From a virus: a stretch of DNA of 64,000 bases. Position numbers and translations under genes: made by a program. Where the stretch lies: the IMG/VR virus record IMGVR_UViG_3300037264_006630, positions 32,001 through 96,000 of that record; one strand, given 5' to 3'. The notes under the pieces were generated by a model. That model did not search any database, had not been told where the DNA came from, and saw nothing but the letters and a program-made list of their open reading frames with translations. The number at the start of each line of letters is the position of its first letter. Within the stretch, counting starts at the first letter, position 1. Shown here piece after piece: positions 45,521 to 55,468 of this stretch.

Positions 45521-46426
45521 ATGACCAACACGACGATCCCGGCCGCGACCGCCGATCACCCCATCGCGAAGTGGTACACGGGCAAGGCCCGCCAGATCAT
45601 CCTGACCTTCGTCCTCCCCACGCTGGCGGAGGCCGAGGCTCTCGGCTACTGGCCGCCCAACACCAGCCGGAAGGTCGCCGCCGCCCTCAACAAGCAGACG
45701 GTGGCGGCGAGGTTCGGCAAGTCGCAGGAGCGCTACACCGGCGGCGGCCACAGCGACAGGTCGCCCGACCTGCTCTCCAACATCGGCGCCCCGGACGCGC
45801 ACCACGCCGAGACCGGATGGCAGCTCGTCCACGCGATGCAGTTCGGGCAAGTCGGCTACGCGCCCAAGGCGCTCGCCCTGGTCGAGAAACTGCGGCCCTA
45901 CGCCACGACGCCGGCGGCTGTGGCTGCGCTCGAGACGGCCGCGCAGTGGGCCCGGGACTTCGCCCCGATCGGAGAGCTGCTCGCCATCCTGGACGCCACC
46001 CGCCCGCGCCCCACGATCGTCCTCGGCTCGCTCTCCCCGACCGTCGCTGGCAACGTGGGAAAGCTGATGGGGATCGACTTCGCAACGATCGTCTACCCGA
46101 AGATCGAGTGGTCTTACAAGTGGATGGAGGTGATGGTGAAGGGGAAGCCGGTGCGGGCTCGCGTGAGCGTCGCGACGATCATCTGGCCGGACGGCACGCG
46201 TCACGACGTGTCGCGCTACGCCCACGGGTCCAAGTCGGGCAACGACCAGTGCCACGCCTGCGGCCACGCCATCTTCGACGGCTTCAACTGGTGCCCCCTC
46301 GTCGCCACCACCGCGGACGGTCCCGTGTCCCTGTGGGTCGGCCGGGACTGCGCCCGCAAGCTCTTTGCGGTCGACGTGAAGGGCGACGCGCTCTACGACC
46401 GCACCGCCGTCTCCGCCCCGGTGTGA
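45521..46426 (+). CDS. hypothetical protein with C-terminal Zn motif (CHACGH...WVGRDC)
   Basis: ORF track; leaderless start. Confidence 0.65.
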   Translation: MTNTTIPAATADHPIAKWYTGKARQIILTFVLPTLAEAEALGYWPPNTSRKVAAALNKQTVAARFGKSQERYTGGGHSDRSPDLLSNIGAPDAHHAETGWQLVHAMQFGQVGYAPKALALVEKLRPYATTPAAVAALETAAQWARDFAPIGELLAILDATRPRPTIVLGSLSPTVAGNVGKLMGIDFATIVYPKIEWSYKWMEVMVKGKPVRARVSVATIIWPDGTRHDVSRYAHGSKSGNDQCHACGHAIFDGFNWCPLVATTADGPVSLWVGRDCARKLFAVDVKGDALYDRTAVSAPV

Positions 46427-46440
46427 ATCTGGGACACGGG

Positions 46441-46542
46441 GTGTCGGTGGTGACGACAGGTAGCCGGCAACGCCGCGCGTTCACTGGAGAAAACACCCGG
46501 TATCCATAGGATTCCGGGTGTGGGTGTCGGTGGCGACGACAC
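46441..46542. promoter_or_regulatory. pair of 19-bp GTGTCR-N5-GACGAC sites (46441-46459, 46524-46542)
   Basis: GTGTCGGTGGTGACGACAG and GTGTCGGTGGCGACGACAC. Confidence 0.75.
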
Positions 46543-46601
46543 TCCGGACGCCGCGTCCTCCCCGGGCGCCACGTTTCGTGCGCTTCCACGCGTGTGCAAA
46601 C

Positions 46602-46617
46602 TGGCCCGCACCCTGCA
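46602..46617 (+). promoter_or_regulatory. sigma54-type -24/-12 promoter
   Basis: TGGCCC-GCACC-CTGCA; ATG 13 nt later. Confidence 0.75.
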
Positions 46618-46629
46618 ATACACCCAGAC

Positions 46630-47049
46630 ATGACCACCTCGACGATCTGCGGTACCTGCGGCTGCGACACCACGGCCACCGATGGTCGGGTTGCCTGCTC
46701 CGCCTGCAAGCCGTCGTTCGCCCGGGTCACCCTGACGCTCCCGACCGGCACGGTCGAGCATGCCGAGTTGGCGATGTACGCCTGGTGCGGCGGCGGCACC
46801 CTCACCACCGCGCGCTTCACCGTCTGCGGTCTCGAGTTCGTGGCTCGTCGCTTCTGGCGTCGGGACATGGGCTGCGCTGGCATCGAGCTCTACACCGTCT
46901 GCCGCGGCGGCCTCGGGTCGGAGGATCCGATCGAGGGCTACTACTGCGACGCCAAGACCGACCCGGCGTCGCGCCGCGCCAAGTACCTCATCGCGGCGGG
47001 TCTGGCCGGGACCTCCGATCGCCCCCTGGATCTCGACCTCGCGGCCTGA
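46630..47049 (+). CDS. Cys-rich hypothetical protein
   Basis: CGTCGC...CSAC; leaderless start. Confidence 0.6.
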   Translation: MTTSTICGTCGCDTTATDGRVACSACKPSFARVTLTLPTGTVEHAELAMYAWCGGGTLTTARFTVCGLEFVARRFWRRDMGCAGIELYTVCRGGLGSEDPIEGYYCDAKTDPASRRAKYLIAAGLAGTSDRPLDLDLAA

Positions 47050-47054
47050 CCCGC

Positions 47055-47070
47055 TGGCACGCAGCATGCT
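47055..47070 (+). promoter_or_regulatory. sigma54-type -24/-12 promoter
   Basis: TGGCAC-GCAGC-ATGCT; ATG 14 nt later. Confidence 0.6.
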
Positions 47071-47083
47071 CAAGAGGAAAACC

Positions 47084-47398
47084 ATGGCCCGCATCGCTTT
47101 CGACCCCGCCGCCTACGCCCGCCTCTGCCGCCTCGCCACCGCTCTCCAGCGGCTCGTGCAGCGCTGGGAAGGCTACGCGGCCGACGCCCGGGACGATGCT
47201 ACCGAGGCCCGCTGGGTGCTCAACCTGGCGACCGCCCGCGCCTTCCAGCGCGACGTGCGCGCCGACCTCCTGACGGAGACCATCCGGAGCGAGATGGAGC
47301 CCCGACTCCTGACGCGCGCCGTCTACTCCGGCCCGGCTCCGGACCGCTGCAACAGCCGCGAGATCGACGCCGCGCCCTACGTCGCCGACGTTCGCTAA
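47084..47398 (+). CDS. hypothetical protein
   Basis: GAGGA SD; GC3-rich codons. Confidence 0.6.
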   Translation: MARIAFDPAAYARLCRLATALQRLVQRWEGYAADARDDATEARWVLNLATARAFQRDVRADLLTETIRSEMEPRLLTRAVYSGPAPDRCNSREIDAAPYVADVR

Positions 47399-47407
47399 CC
47401 AACCCCC

Positions 47408-47445
47408 TTGACCGCGCACGGTTCGTGCGTATGATGGTGTGTATG
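47408..47445 (+). promoter_or_regulatory. class A leaderless promoter
   Basis: TTGACC-16-TATGAT-7nt-ATGAA, with TTCGTGCG. Confidence 0.75.
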
Positions 47446-47793
47446 AACGCAGCGCAGTTGCAGCCCGTCACGTTCGCGACCGTCATCACCGCGATGACCG
47501 TCGACATCCTCCTGGGCATGACCGACGCCGAGCTCATCGCGGCCTGCACGGACCCGACGAGCCCGGCCTACAAGTTCGTCACCGACACCGACCGGTCCCA
47601 CGCCGAGGAGCAGCTCCGGCTTCGCGCGCCGCAGACGATCGACGAGTTCCGCAACCGCCGCACCCGCAACGCGGCCGTGGACGCCGCGACCCGCGCCGCC
47701 GAGTACCTCCGGTCCCGCCTGGCGGCCCGATGCCGTTCGTGCTGGCGCGTGATCGTCGCTCGCGGACTCTCCACCGAGGAGCGATCGTCGTGA
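47443..47793 (+). CDS. hypothetical protein
   Basis: ATG at class A promoter. Confidence 0.6.
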   Translation: MNAAQLQPVTFATVITAMTVDILLGMTDAELIAACTDPTSPAYKFVTDTDRSHAEEQLRLRAPQTIDEFRNRRTRNAAVDAATRAAEYLRSRLAARCRSCWRVIVARGLSTEERSS

Positions 47794-48407
47794 CCCTCTC
47801 TCTCGACGCGCCCGGCATGGCGCACACCTCTGACGGACCCGCCAGCCATCCGGGTGCGGCGCCCCTGTCCGCCGCTTCCGCGGAGGTGTGCGCCCCCTCG
47901 GGCTCGTCGATCGTCGGGTCCGTCGCGCTGTTCACTTACAACTGCGACCGCTCCGACGGTTCCAATCACGTCGAATGGCGGAGGCGCACCGGCCAGCGCG
48001 TCACGGTCGTGGCGCTCGACGCCCCCGCCGACGGATGGGCGCGCTCCACCCGCGAGGAGCGGATCGCGGCGGCGATGCCGTTCACCTACACGGTGCGGTG
48101 GGCGGATGGCTTCGAGGGCTCCGTGTTCGAGGACGAGATCTTGCCGGCCGCGGCCAGCGCTCCGGGCGTGATCGTCGGTCGCATCGGCCCCGCCCCCCGC
48201 CCGCCCGTCACCATTGACGCCTCCGTGCTCGCCCTGGTCCGCGCGCCGGTCCACCTGCGCGAGCGCCAGGCCCTCGGCACCTCCTACGCATCCGTGCGCC
48301 AGCTCGCCAGGCTGTCCCGCGCCGACGTCGCCGACGCGCTGGGCTGCGACGAGCAGCGCCTGGCCGACTTCGAGGCCGGGTCGATCCCGATCGACCGGAG
48401 GGGCTGA
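47790..48407 (+). CDS. protein with C-terminal XRE/Cro-CI HTH
   Basis: VRQLARLSRADVADALGCDEQRLADFEAG. Confidence 0.7.
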   Translation: MTLSLDAPGMAHTSDGPASHPGAAPLSAASAEVCAPSGSSIVGSVALFTYNCDRSDGSNHVEWRRRTGQRVTVVALDAPADGWARSTREERIAAAMPFTYTVRWADGFEGSVFEDEILPAAASAPGVIVGRIGPAPRPPVTIDASVLALVRAPVHLRERQALGTSYASVRQLARLSRADVADALGCDEQRLADFEAGSIPIDRRG

Positions 48408-48615
48408 CCATGTGCACGCCCGACCCCGACGACCTCACCACCGACCCGACGCCGGCGCTGCTCGCGGCCGAGCTCGACTGCTCGCTCAACGACCAGGCCG
48501 ACGAACTGGCCGCGCGCGCCACGTCGCGGCGCGACTTCCTCTACCGCGTCGCCGCGGTGGCCGTGCTGATCGCGGCGGCCGTCGCGTACCGACTCACCTG
48601 ACCCCGAGGATTTCC

Positions 48616-48924
48616 ATGCCCACCGAGATCACCACCCACGGCGCGAACCCGATCGAGTTCTCCGGCGACATGGAAGGCTACATCGTCGTCGACGAGGCGA
48701 AGGCCGCGATCGCTCGCTGCCCGAAGTGCTCGGAGTGCCCCGACCGCGGCCACCACTGGCTGATCGGGTGCATGGATCCAGACGACGACGAAGCCGTCGC
48801 GGAATTCAAGGCGTCGCATCCGCAGGTCAAGCCAACGCGCGGGCTGCTCGAGGCGCACGTCGCCTGCAAGCACTGCCCCGCGGTCCGCCGCTACGACGAC
48901 CGCCGCGATTCGGAGCGCCCGTGA
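48616..48924 (+). CDS. Zn-binding hypothetical protein
   Basis: CPKCSECP...CKHCP; GAGGA SD. Confidence 0.55.
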   Translation: MPTEITTHGANPIEFSGDMEGYIVVDEAKAAIARCPKCSECPDRGHHWLIGCMDPDDDEAVAEFKASHPQVKPTRGLLEAHVACKHCPAVRRYDDRRDSERP

Positions 48925-49427
48925 CCGCCCCCGACCTCACCGCCGCGCTTGCCCTCGCCGAGGAGGTGGAGCGGCTCGACGATCCGCGCAAGGTTCCCGC
49001 CTCGCCGTGGATCGTCAACAGGTTCGACAACGACGAGGGCGGCGTCGACTACCAGATCCAGTCCGAGGGCACGGCGCCCGACGGCGGCACCGACGGCTCC
49101 ATCGTCGGCTGGTGCGATGAAGTCGAACTGAAGGGCCGTGCCCGTCACACCGCCACGCTCATCGCTGCCTACCGCACCGCCGCCCCCGCACTGGCCGCCA
49201 CCCTCCGCACGCACGCCCCGGTGCTGCGCGCGGTCGCGGAATGGGTCGCGGCGCACCGTGCCTGCGATGCGGCGGGTGAGGAGTGCAGAGCCACGGAGCG
49301 CGGTGGCGTCGCTGCCGGGTTCGATTCGTTGGCCGCCACGCGCGAGCGGTGGAGCGCCGCCAAGCGCCGCCTGACGATCGCCGATGCCGCGCTGTTCGCC
49401 GCCGCGGCCGGGATGGTGTCGCCGTGA
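48921..49427 (+). CDS. hypothetical protein (Ead/Ea22-like N-terminus)
   Basis: ATLIAAYRTAAPAL pattern; coupling. Confidence 0.5.
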   Translation: MTAPDLTAALALAEEVERLDDPRKVPASPWIVNRFDNDEGGVDYQIQSEGTAPDGGTDGSIVGWCDEVELKGRARHTATLIAAYRTAAPALAATLRTHAPVLRAVAEWVAAHRACDAAGEECRATERGGVAAGFDSLAATRERWSAAKRRLTIADAALFAAAAGMVSP

Positions 49428-49804
49428 CGCCGGCAGAGCGGGATGCGGTGCGCTACCTAGCGCGGTGCATCGTCGACTGCGAGACGCCGATCCGTGGCCG
49501 CCGCGAACTGGCCCGCGCCGTCCTCGCGTTCGTGCCTCCTGACGGCGCCGGACCGCCGCCCGGGATGCGCGTCTTCTACGACGGCCAGATCAAGATCTAC
49601 GACCACCGCGAGCGCAAGGGTCCGACGCTCATCCTCGACGACACCGACTCCGAGCGCCTCGCATGGGCGCTGCTCGCCGCCGTCGCCAAGGCACGAGACG
49701 CATGCACGAGAGGTGACCGCGGTCCGTACCGATGCCGCGCGGTCCCGGATCGCATCGACGTGATCGCCCGCCTCCGCACCATCCGCGCCGGCGGTGGCGC
49801 GTGA
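49424..49804 (+). CDS. hypothetical protein
   Basis: GTGA coupling. Confidence 0.5.
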   Translation: MTPAERDAVRYLARCIVDCETPIRGRRELARAVLAFVPPDGAGPPPGMRVFYDGQIKIYDHRERKGPTLILDDTDSERLAWALLAAVAKARDACTRGDRGPYRCRAVPDRIDVIARLRTIRAGGGA

Positions 49805-50286
49805 CCGCCATCCTCTCGCCGTGCCGCCTCTACCGCTACCGACTCGAGCGCGAGTTGACGCCGCGCCTCGACACGTTCATGAGCGCCGTCGCGATCCTCA
49901 TGCTCAACCCGTCAGTGGCCGCCGAGACCGTAGACGACCCGACGGTCCGCCGGTGCATGGGGTTCGCGACAGCGTGGGGATTCCGGCGCCTGATCGTCGG
50001 CAACGCCTACGGTCTGCGATCGACGGACCCCCGCGGGCTGTGGGCTTCTGCCGATCCGGTCGGCCCTGACAACGATGCGCACGTCGAGCAAATCGCCCGC
50101 GACGCCGATCTCGTCGTCTGCGCATGGGGCGCGCACGCCAAGCCTGGTCGCGTCGCGGCCGTGCTCGCGGCGATCGGTCGCGCCGGCAGGACGCCACACG
50201 CCCTCCGGCTCACCGCCGCTGGTGCGCCCGGCCACCCGCTCTACCTGCCGGGGTCACTCCTACCGTTCGAGTGGGCCGCGCCATGA
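49801..50286 (+). CDS. DUF1643 family protein
   Basis: SPCRLYRYRL, MLNPSVA, DDPTVRRC, NAYGLRSTDP, CAWG, PGHPLY. Confidence 0.88.
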   Translation: MTAILSPCRLYRYRLERELTPRLDTFMSAVAILMLNPSVAAETVDDPTVRRCMGFATAWGFRRLIVGNAYGLRSTDPRGLWASADPVGPDNDAHVEQIARDADLVVCAWGAHAKPGRVAAVLAAIGRAGRTPHALRLTAAGAPGHPLYLPGSLLPFEWAAP

Positions 50287-50343
50287 CGCCGAGCAAGCGC
50301 ATGGTGATGCGCGCGATCGCGAATGACCGAGGAGCAACCGACT

Positions 50344-52821
50344 ATGACCCACGCCGACGACATCGAGACGATCCGCAACCACAACCCGCACACGTCCGTC
50401 ACCACGGCCGTCGAGGCGCTGTGCCGCATCGTGCTCGATCACGCGGTGGCCCTGACGCGCGTGTCAGATCTGGCCCAGCCGATCGACGCTATCGCCGCGC
50501 GCGACGTCGAGATCCTCGGGCTGCGCGGGGCGCTCGCGGTCGCGCGCGCGGCGCACGCCGACGCGATCGACCGGCTCGCCGGCGAGGGAGCCCGCCTCTC
50601 CGACCTGCTCGCCACCGCCACGAGCGCCTGCCAGCAGAACGCCGGGGCGCTCGACCGGGCGCGCAATGATGCCGCCGTCCTGCGCGCCAACATGGCGGGC
50701 GTGCGTGCCGACAGGGCCCGGATCACCGCCGAGCGCGACGAGGCCCGCGCCTCGCTCGACCGGGTGCTGCGCGAGTCGGCGGAGGTGCGCGACCGCCTCG
50801 CCGCGCGCGTGGCGGAACTGGAGGCGCCCCCGCCGCTCGACGTGTACCCGCCGCGCACCTACGCCGGCCTCATCGCCGAGACCGCGCCGAGCGATGAGGA
50901 GATACTCGCTGCGTACGACACGGCGAGCAGGAGCGCGCGGGCCGATGACCCGGGCATCGCAGGCGTTCGCGCCGTCGCCGATCTCGTCCGCGCCCGCCTC
51001 GCACCCGCGCCGGTGCTGACCGCGGTGGCACTCGGCCGTGCCATCTCGGCCGCGCACGAGGACGCGGTTGCACGGTGGGCCGGCGCCGACCCGAAGGCAC
51101 GAGAGGCCGCGACGATGACGCTGATCGCGGGCAACGACGTGATGCGGCACCTCGGGGCCGTGCATGTCGCGGCGCCCGCGCCCGAGGCGGACGATCTGCG
51201 CGACCGCATCCGCACGATCGCCGACGAGGCGTTCGGCCCGTTCCCGACGGCCTCGGCGGACGAGGCGCTGACGGCGATCGAGCGCGGGATCGCCAAGATG
51301 CGGCAGACCGCCCCGGCGGCGCTCACGGCGGTGCGGCTGACGGGCGCCATGCGGTCCTGGGCCGCGAGCGGCGGGTGCTGGCGCGAACTCGAAGGCACCG
51401 GACCTGCGTCACCGTATGCAGCCACCGAGAGCGCGGCACGGGGCATCCTCGCCCGCCTCGGCCCGATGACGCTGCCGAGTCGCGTCGATCTGGGCCCGGT
51501 CTCGGTGCAGCCCGGGCATCTCGCCGAACCCGCATGCCCGCCGCAATCGGTCTTGCTCATCCGCGGCGGCGTCGAGTATGTGATGGACGCGCACGACGCC
51601 TGCGCCCTCGGCGCGACGCTGACGGCGGTTGGCCGGCGCGTGCTCGGGCTGGATGCCCCGGTGACGCTGCCGACGGGCGCGCGGACGGAGTGGACCGCCT
51701 CCGACGAGGACGGCGAGGACGGCTGCCAGTTTCGCAGCGTCGGCCCGTTCACGCTGCGCGTGACGAACGGCGGCCACTGGCGCGAGTCGATCCGTGGCAA
51801 CATCGGGAAGCAGTCGATGGCCGACGAGAACGGCCGCAGTGCCGCGACCGCGCGTGCCAACGCCGACGCCTGGTCCGCTGCCACCCTCGCCGCGATGGCG
51901 CGGGACGAGGGGCAGGCGACGGGCGCATCGGTCACTTCGCCGACGCCCGTCGAAGGTGCCGCTGCCTGCCATGATGACGGGTGTGGCTGGTCCGGGTCCA
52001 TGGCCGACCTCGAGATCGCCGTCGGCGGCGTGACGCACTGCCCGCGCTGCTACTCGACTGCGATCGAGGAGCGCCCCAGCGCCGCCCCGCCGGTGACGCC
52101 GGTGCAGGGCGAGCCGGTGACGTGGGCCGCGCGGCTGCCTGGCGGCGAGTTGCTCTGCCACGATGACACCGTCGTGACGTACGAGAGCCGCGAGATGGTC
52201 GAGATGACCGCGAGCGCGTTCCGCACCGGCGGCGTGCCCGTCCCGCTCTACACCAGCCCGCCCGCCCCGGTCGCGCACGTCCCGGTGCAGGCGATGAGGG
52301 ACGCGCTCGCGCTGGCCGGGCGGGTGACGATCCCGCCGCCGAATCTCGAGGCTGGCATCGAAGACCGCGCCATCTACATGCGGCTGCGGGGCGTCGCTGA
52401 CGCTGCGGACCGAGCCGTCCCGGTCGCGCCGTCGGTCGTGACCGGGGATCCGTCGCCCAACGCCTGGCGGACCGAGTACCTGCACCACCCAGACCCGCGG
52501 ATCGAAGCCGCGGTGAGCGAAGGCATGGTCGACGATCTCGCCCGTGACGCCACTGCCAGGGCGTGGGCGCATCACGTCGTCGCCGAGTTCGCGCAGCTAA
52601 TCCAACCGGAGCCCCTGGACTTCATTGCGGCACGCACCATCCTCGCCTACCTCGCGGACGCGCCGACGGAGTGGGCCGTCCTGGATGCGTCGGGCAACGT
52701 GCGCGGCTACTTCGACAGCAAGGAGGTGGCTGATCGACAGTCGCCGCCGCCAGGCCAGGGGCGTGTCGAGTACACCGTGATCCCGATCTACGTCCGGCGG
52801 TTGGGCGGGGGCAGCCGGTGA
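50344..52821 (+). CDS. large Ala-rich mosaic protein with N-terminal coiled coil
   Basis: ORF track; GGAG SD. Confidence 0.6.
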   Translation: MTHADDIETIRNHNPHTSVTTAVEALCRIVLDHAVALTRVSDLAQPIDAIAARDVEILGLRGALAVARAAHADAIDRLAGEGARLSDLLATATSACQQNAGALDRARNDAAVLRANMAGVRADRARITAERDEARASLDRVLRESAEVRDRLAARVAELEAPPPLDVYPPRTYAGLIAETAPSDEEILAAYDTASRSARADDPGIAGVRAVADLVRARLAPAPVLTAVALGRAISAAHEDAVARWAGADPKAREAATMTLIAGNDVMRHLGAVHVAAPAPEADDLRDRIRTIADEAFGPFPTASADEALTAIERGIAKMRQTAPAALTAVRLTGAMRSWAASGGCWRELEGTGPASPYAATESAARGILARLGPMTLPSRVDLGPVSVQPGHLAEPACPPQSVLLIRGGVEYVMDAHDACALGATLTAVGRRVLGLDAPVTLPTGARTEWTASDEDGEDGCQFRSVGPFTLRVTNGGHWRESIRGNIGKQSMADENGRSAATARANADAWSAATLAAMARDEGQATGASVTSPTPVEGAAACHDDGCGWSGSMADLEIAVGGVTHCPRCYSTAIEERPSAAPPVTPVQGEPVTWAARLPGGELLCHDDTVVTYESREMVEMTASAFRTGGVPVPLYTSPPAPVAHVPVQAMRDALALAGRVTIPPPNLEAGIEDRAIYMRLRGVADAADRAVPVAPSVVTGDPSPNAWRTEYLHHPDPRIEAAVSEGMVDDLARDATARAWAHHVVAEFAQLIQPEPLDFIAARTILAYLADAPTEWAVLDASGNVRGYFDSKEVADRQSPPPGQGRVEYTVIPIYVRRLGGGSR

Positions 52822-53798
52822 ACGCCCACGAACGGCGCGCATGGCGCTCGCTGGTCGATCTCGGCGCCAGGGAACTGGAGCTCGGCGGCCTCCAGGCGCT
52901 GGACCTCTCGACGGTGCGCGTCCGTTCCGATAGCGCGTGTTCGACCTTCATCGACGCGATCATCAACGTCGCCGGCCGCTCCGGCACCCGTGGTCACCGA
53001 CGACAAGAACCCCAAGGCCCCGGAGCCCATCCGATGACCACCGGCATCTTCACCCCCCAAGGAGTGCGAGTGCCCGCTCGACCACTCCATCACCAAGCTC
53101 GGGCACTGCCGGACCTGCCCGCACTACGGCACCGAGAGCGACACGCGGATGGAGCCGCTGATCGCCTGCGCTCCCGGCTGCGGGCCCCGTCTACACGTCG
53201 ATGGGACCCCGCACGACTTCGACTACGCGACCTATGCCGACGAGCGGACGAGCTACGGCGTCTGTCGGTGCGGCTTCGACTCGATGTCCGAGTCGCTCTG
53301 GGAGGGACCATGAGCATCGTCGATGATCCGAATTTTCAGGCATTGGTCCAGGAGTCCGTTCTCGGCGAGATCGTGGGAAGCACTGCCGCGGTCATCGCCA
53401 TCTTCGGACAGACTCCCGTGACCGACCGCCGATCCGAAGTCCTGAACGCCGCCGCCGAGGTCGTGGAAGCCTCGGTCGCCGCCGACCTGCTCGGCAAGGA
53501 CCATCCGAGCATCGTGGCCGAAGCGGCGTGGATCCGCGCTGGCATGCCGCCGCGTGAACCCGTCGCACCTTCGCGTCTTCGCCTGGAGGACGTGATGCGC
53601 GAGGTCGCGGTCATCGAAGGCGACATCGCCAACGGGACCACGGTCTACACCTCGACTCGCCGCATGGCCGAGTTCCTCCGGGCCATCGAACCGCACCTGG
53701 CCGCGATCGAGCGCGCGGCGCTCTCCGAGTCCGACGTGGAGATCCTCGATGCGGTCGAAGGACTGCGGGACGAGATCGATCTGGAGACCAACCCGTGA
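52818..53798 (+). pseudogene. three ancestral coupled genes apparently fused by two +1 frameshifts (52818-53037, 53034-53313, 53310-53798)
   Basis: codon-usage frame switches at C runs 52987-52989 and 53053-53058; ATGA overlaps at 53034 and 53310. Confidence 0.55.
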
Positions 53799-54034
53799 CC
53801 GGCCTCTTCGGCCTCGGCGAGCGCGTGGTATGGACGCTCATCGCCCGCGGCGTCCCCCGCCAGCAACAGGGCATCATCACCCAGGTGGTGCCGGCCGGTG
53901 AGCGGCCGGTCGGGATGAAGCGCGGCCTGCCGCGCGACCACGAGTCATACGCCGTCACCGCCAGCGGGGTGCTCTACTGGCCGACGATCGACGCCCTCGC
54001 GCCGGCCCCGGCGCTGACCTCCGGCCGGGTGTGA
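53795..54034 (+). CDS. hypothetical protein
   Basis: GTGA coupling. Confidence 0.5.
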   Translation: MTGLFGLGERVVWTLIARGVPRQQQGIITQVVPAGERPVGMKRGLPRDHESYAVTASGVLYWPTIDALAPAPALTSGRV

Positions 54035-54522
54035 TGCTGGCGATCGACGACGTGAAGGATCTGGCGGTCCGGTTCTGCACCTACCCGGCGGCCGACCGGC
54101 AGATCATGCGCGTCTGGTCGCCGCCGCTGGGCTACGCCCACGAGATCGGCCACCTGCTCATCTCGACATCGGAAGATCGAGCGCAACTCTGGTACGGGCT
54201 CGGTGAGCCGGGAGGAGTGCCCGACCACGAGTTGGACGCGGAAGCTCCGGCCGTCGAGCTCGCGGCCTCCATCGTCCACGCCTGGATCGTCGTGGCCACC
54301 GACTGGTTCCGCCGGCGCCGGAGCAACCGCGCCGACCTGCGGCTCTCGATCAGCCCGCGCGATCCGCTGTCCGATTCGGCGTTCGCGCCCGAGTTCTTCT
54401 ACGAACCCGACGAGTGGCGTCGCGCCCGCGACCTGCTCACCGCCCGCGGGCTCCGAGCTCGCGACGTGCAGACCAAGACGGCCCTCAGGCGGACCATCAT
54501 CCGCACCCTGGAGACGACATGA
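54031..54522 (+). CDS. HExxH metallopeptidase-like (ImmA/IrrE-like) protein
   Basis: YAHEIGHLL...ELAA. Confidence 0.5.
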   Translation: MMLAIDDVKDLAVRFCTYPAADRQIMRVWSPPLGYAHEIGHLLISTSEDRAQLWYGLGEPGGVPDHELDAEAPAVELAASIVHAWIVVATDWFRRRRSNRADLRLSISPRDPLSDSAFAPEFFYEPDEWRRARDLLTARGLRARDVQTKTALRRTIIRTLETT

Positions 54523-55013
54523 ACCACCAGCGCAAGCGCGACCCCAACCACTGGCTCTCGAGGATCGAAGACCTCAAGCCCGGCGACCCGTGCGACGTGC
54601 GCGGCGGCCTCGATGGTCGCTGGTACCCGGGCGTCGTCGAGGTCAACGGCGGCGCCCACTACTGGCGCGTGCGGGTCGCCGGCTACGCCGCCAAGCAGCG
54701 GCTCTACAAGTCGTTCCTCGCGGCCTCCCAGCGAACCGGCCGCTTCGACCCGCCTGACCGACTGATGGAGGCGGTCCGCGCGCTGCCCGACACCACGCTC
54801 CTGCCGCGCCTGGCGATGGAGATGCGGACGCCGCTCCTGGACGCGCTCGCGATGGGGCGCCGCGAGGACGACGTGTTCTCGCCGTACATCGAGAACGTCC
54901 GGTGCCGCGGCCAGCTCGATGCGTGGCCACCGGGCGGGGGAGAGCAAGCTCCGCCGCCGCACCGCAAGCCGTTCGAGGACGAGGTGTGGGCGGTGGTCTG
55001 GGGGCCGACGTGA
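54519..55013 (+). CDS. hypothetical protein
   Basis: ATGA coupling. Confidence 0.55.
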   Translation: MNHQRKRDPNHWLSRIEDLKPGDPCDVRGGLDGRWYPGVVEVNGGAHYWRVRVAGYAAKQRLYKSFLAASQRTGRFDPPDRLMEAVRALPDTTLLPRLAMEMRTPLLDALAMGRREDDVFSPYIENVRCRGQLDAWPPGGGEQAPPPHRKPFEDEVWAVVWGPT

Positions 55014-55450
55014 GCGACGATCCCAAGCCGTTCACGGTCATCGACCTGAACACCACCGCAGGCGTCTACGACCGAGAGGCGCGCGCGTACCTCATGCGCC
55101 ACCCGGCGCCGACCATCCCGGACGTGGTGGTGCGGCGCATCCTCGAGCGGAACCCCGGAAGCCGGCGCGAGCCGCCGACGGAGCGGCAGGTCTGGGAGTA
55201 CGATGTCGCCTGCCCGCATGGGTGCCACGGACTGATCCACTTCCGCTGGATGGAGGTCGTCCCGATGGATCTGATCGGCTACGAGCGGGACCGGGCCTCG
55301 CGCGAGCGCTACGAGCAGCAACGCCGGCACGAGGCCGAGGTGGCGCGCCTGACCGCAGCGCTCGAGCTGGCCAACCGCGAGCGCGCCGCGCTCCGGTCCA
55401 AGGTCGTGAAGCAGGCACATCGCCGCAGCAAGCGCGACCGCGGGTACTGA
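55010..55450 (+). CDS. hypothetical protein
   Basis: GTGA coupling. Confidence 0.55.
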   Translation: MSDDPKPFTVIDLNTTAGVYDREARAYLMRHPAPTIPDVVVRRILERNPGSRREPPTERQVWEYDVACPHGCHGLIHFRWMEVVPMDLIGYERDRASRERYEQQRRHEAEVARLTAALELANRERAALRSKVVKQAHRRSKRDRGY

Positions 55451-55468
55451 CGCTGCGGCGATCGGAGG

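Noticed and set aside
53035-53037. In-frame TGA within a good-codon frame (possible Sec or readthrough)
   Set aside because: Better explained as the ATGA stop/start overlap of two genes; no tRNA-Sec or SECIS-like hairpin seen
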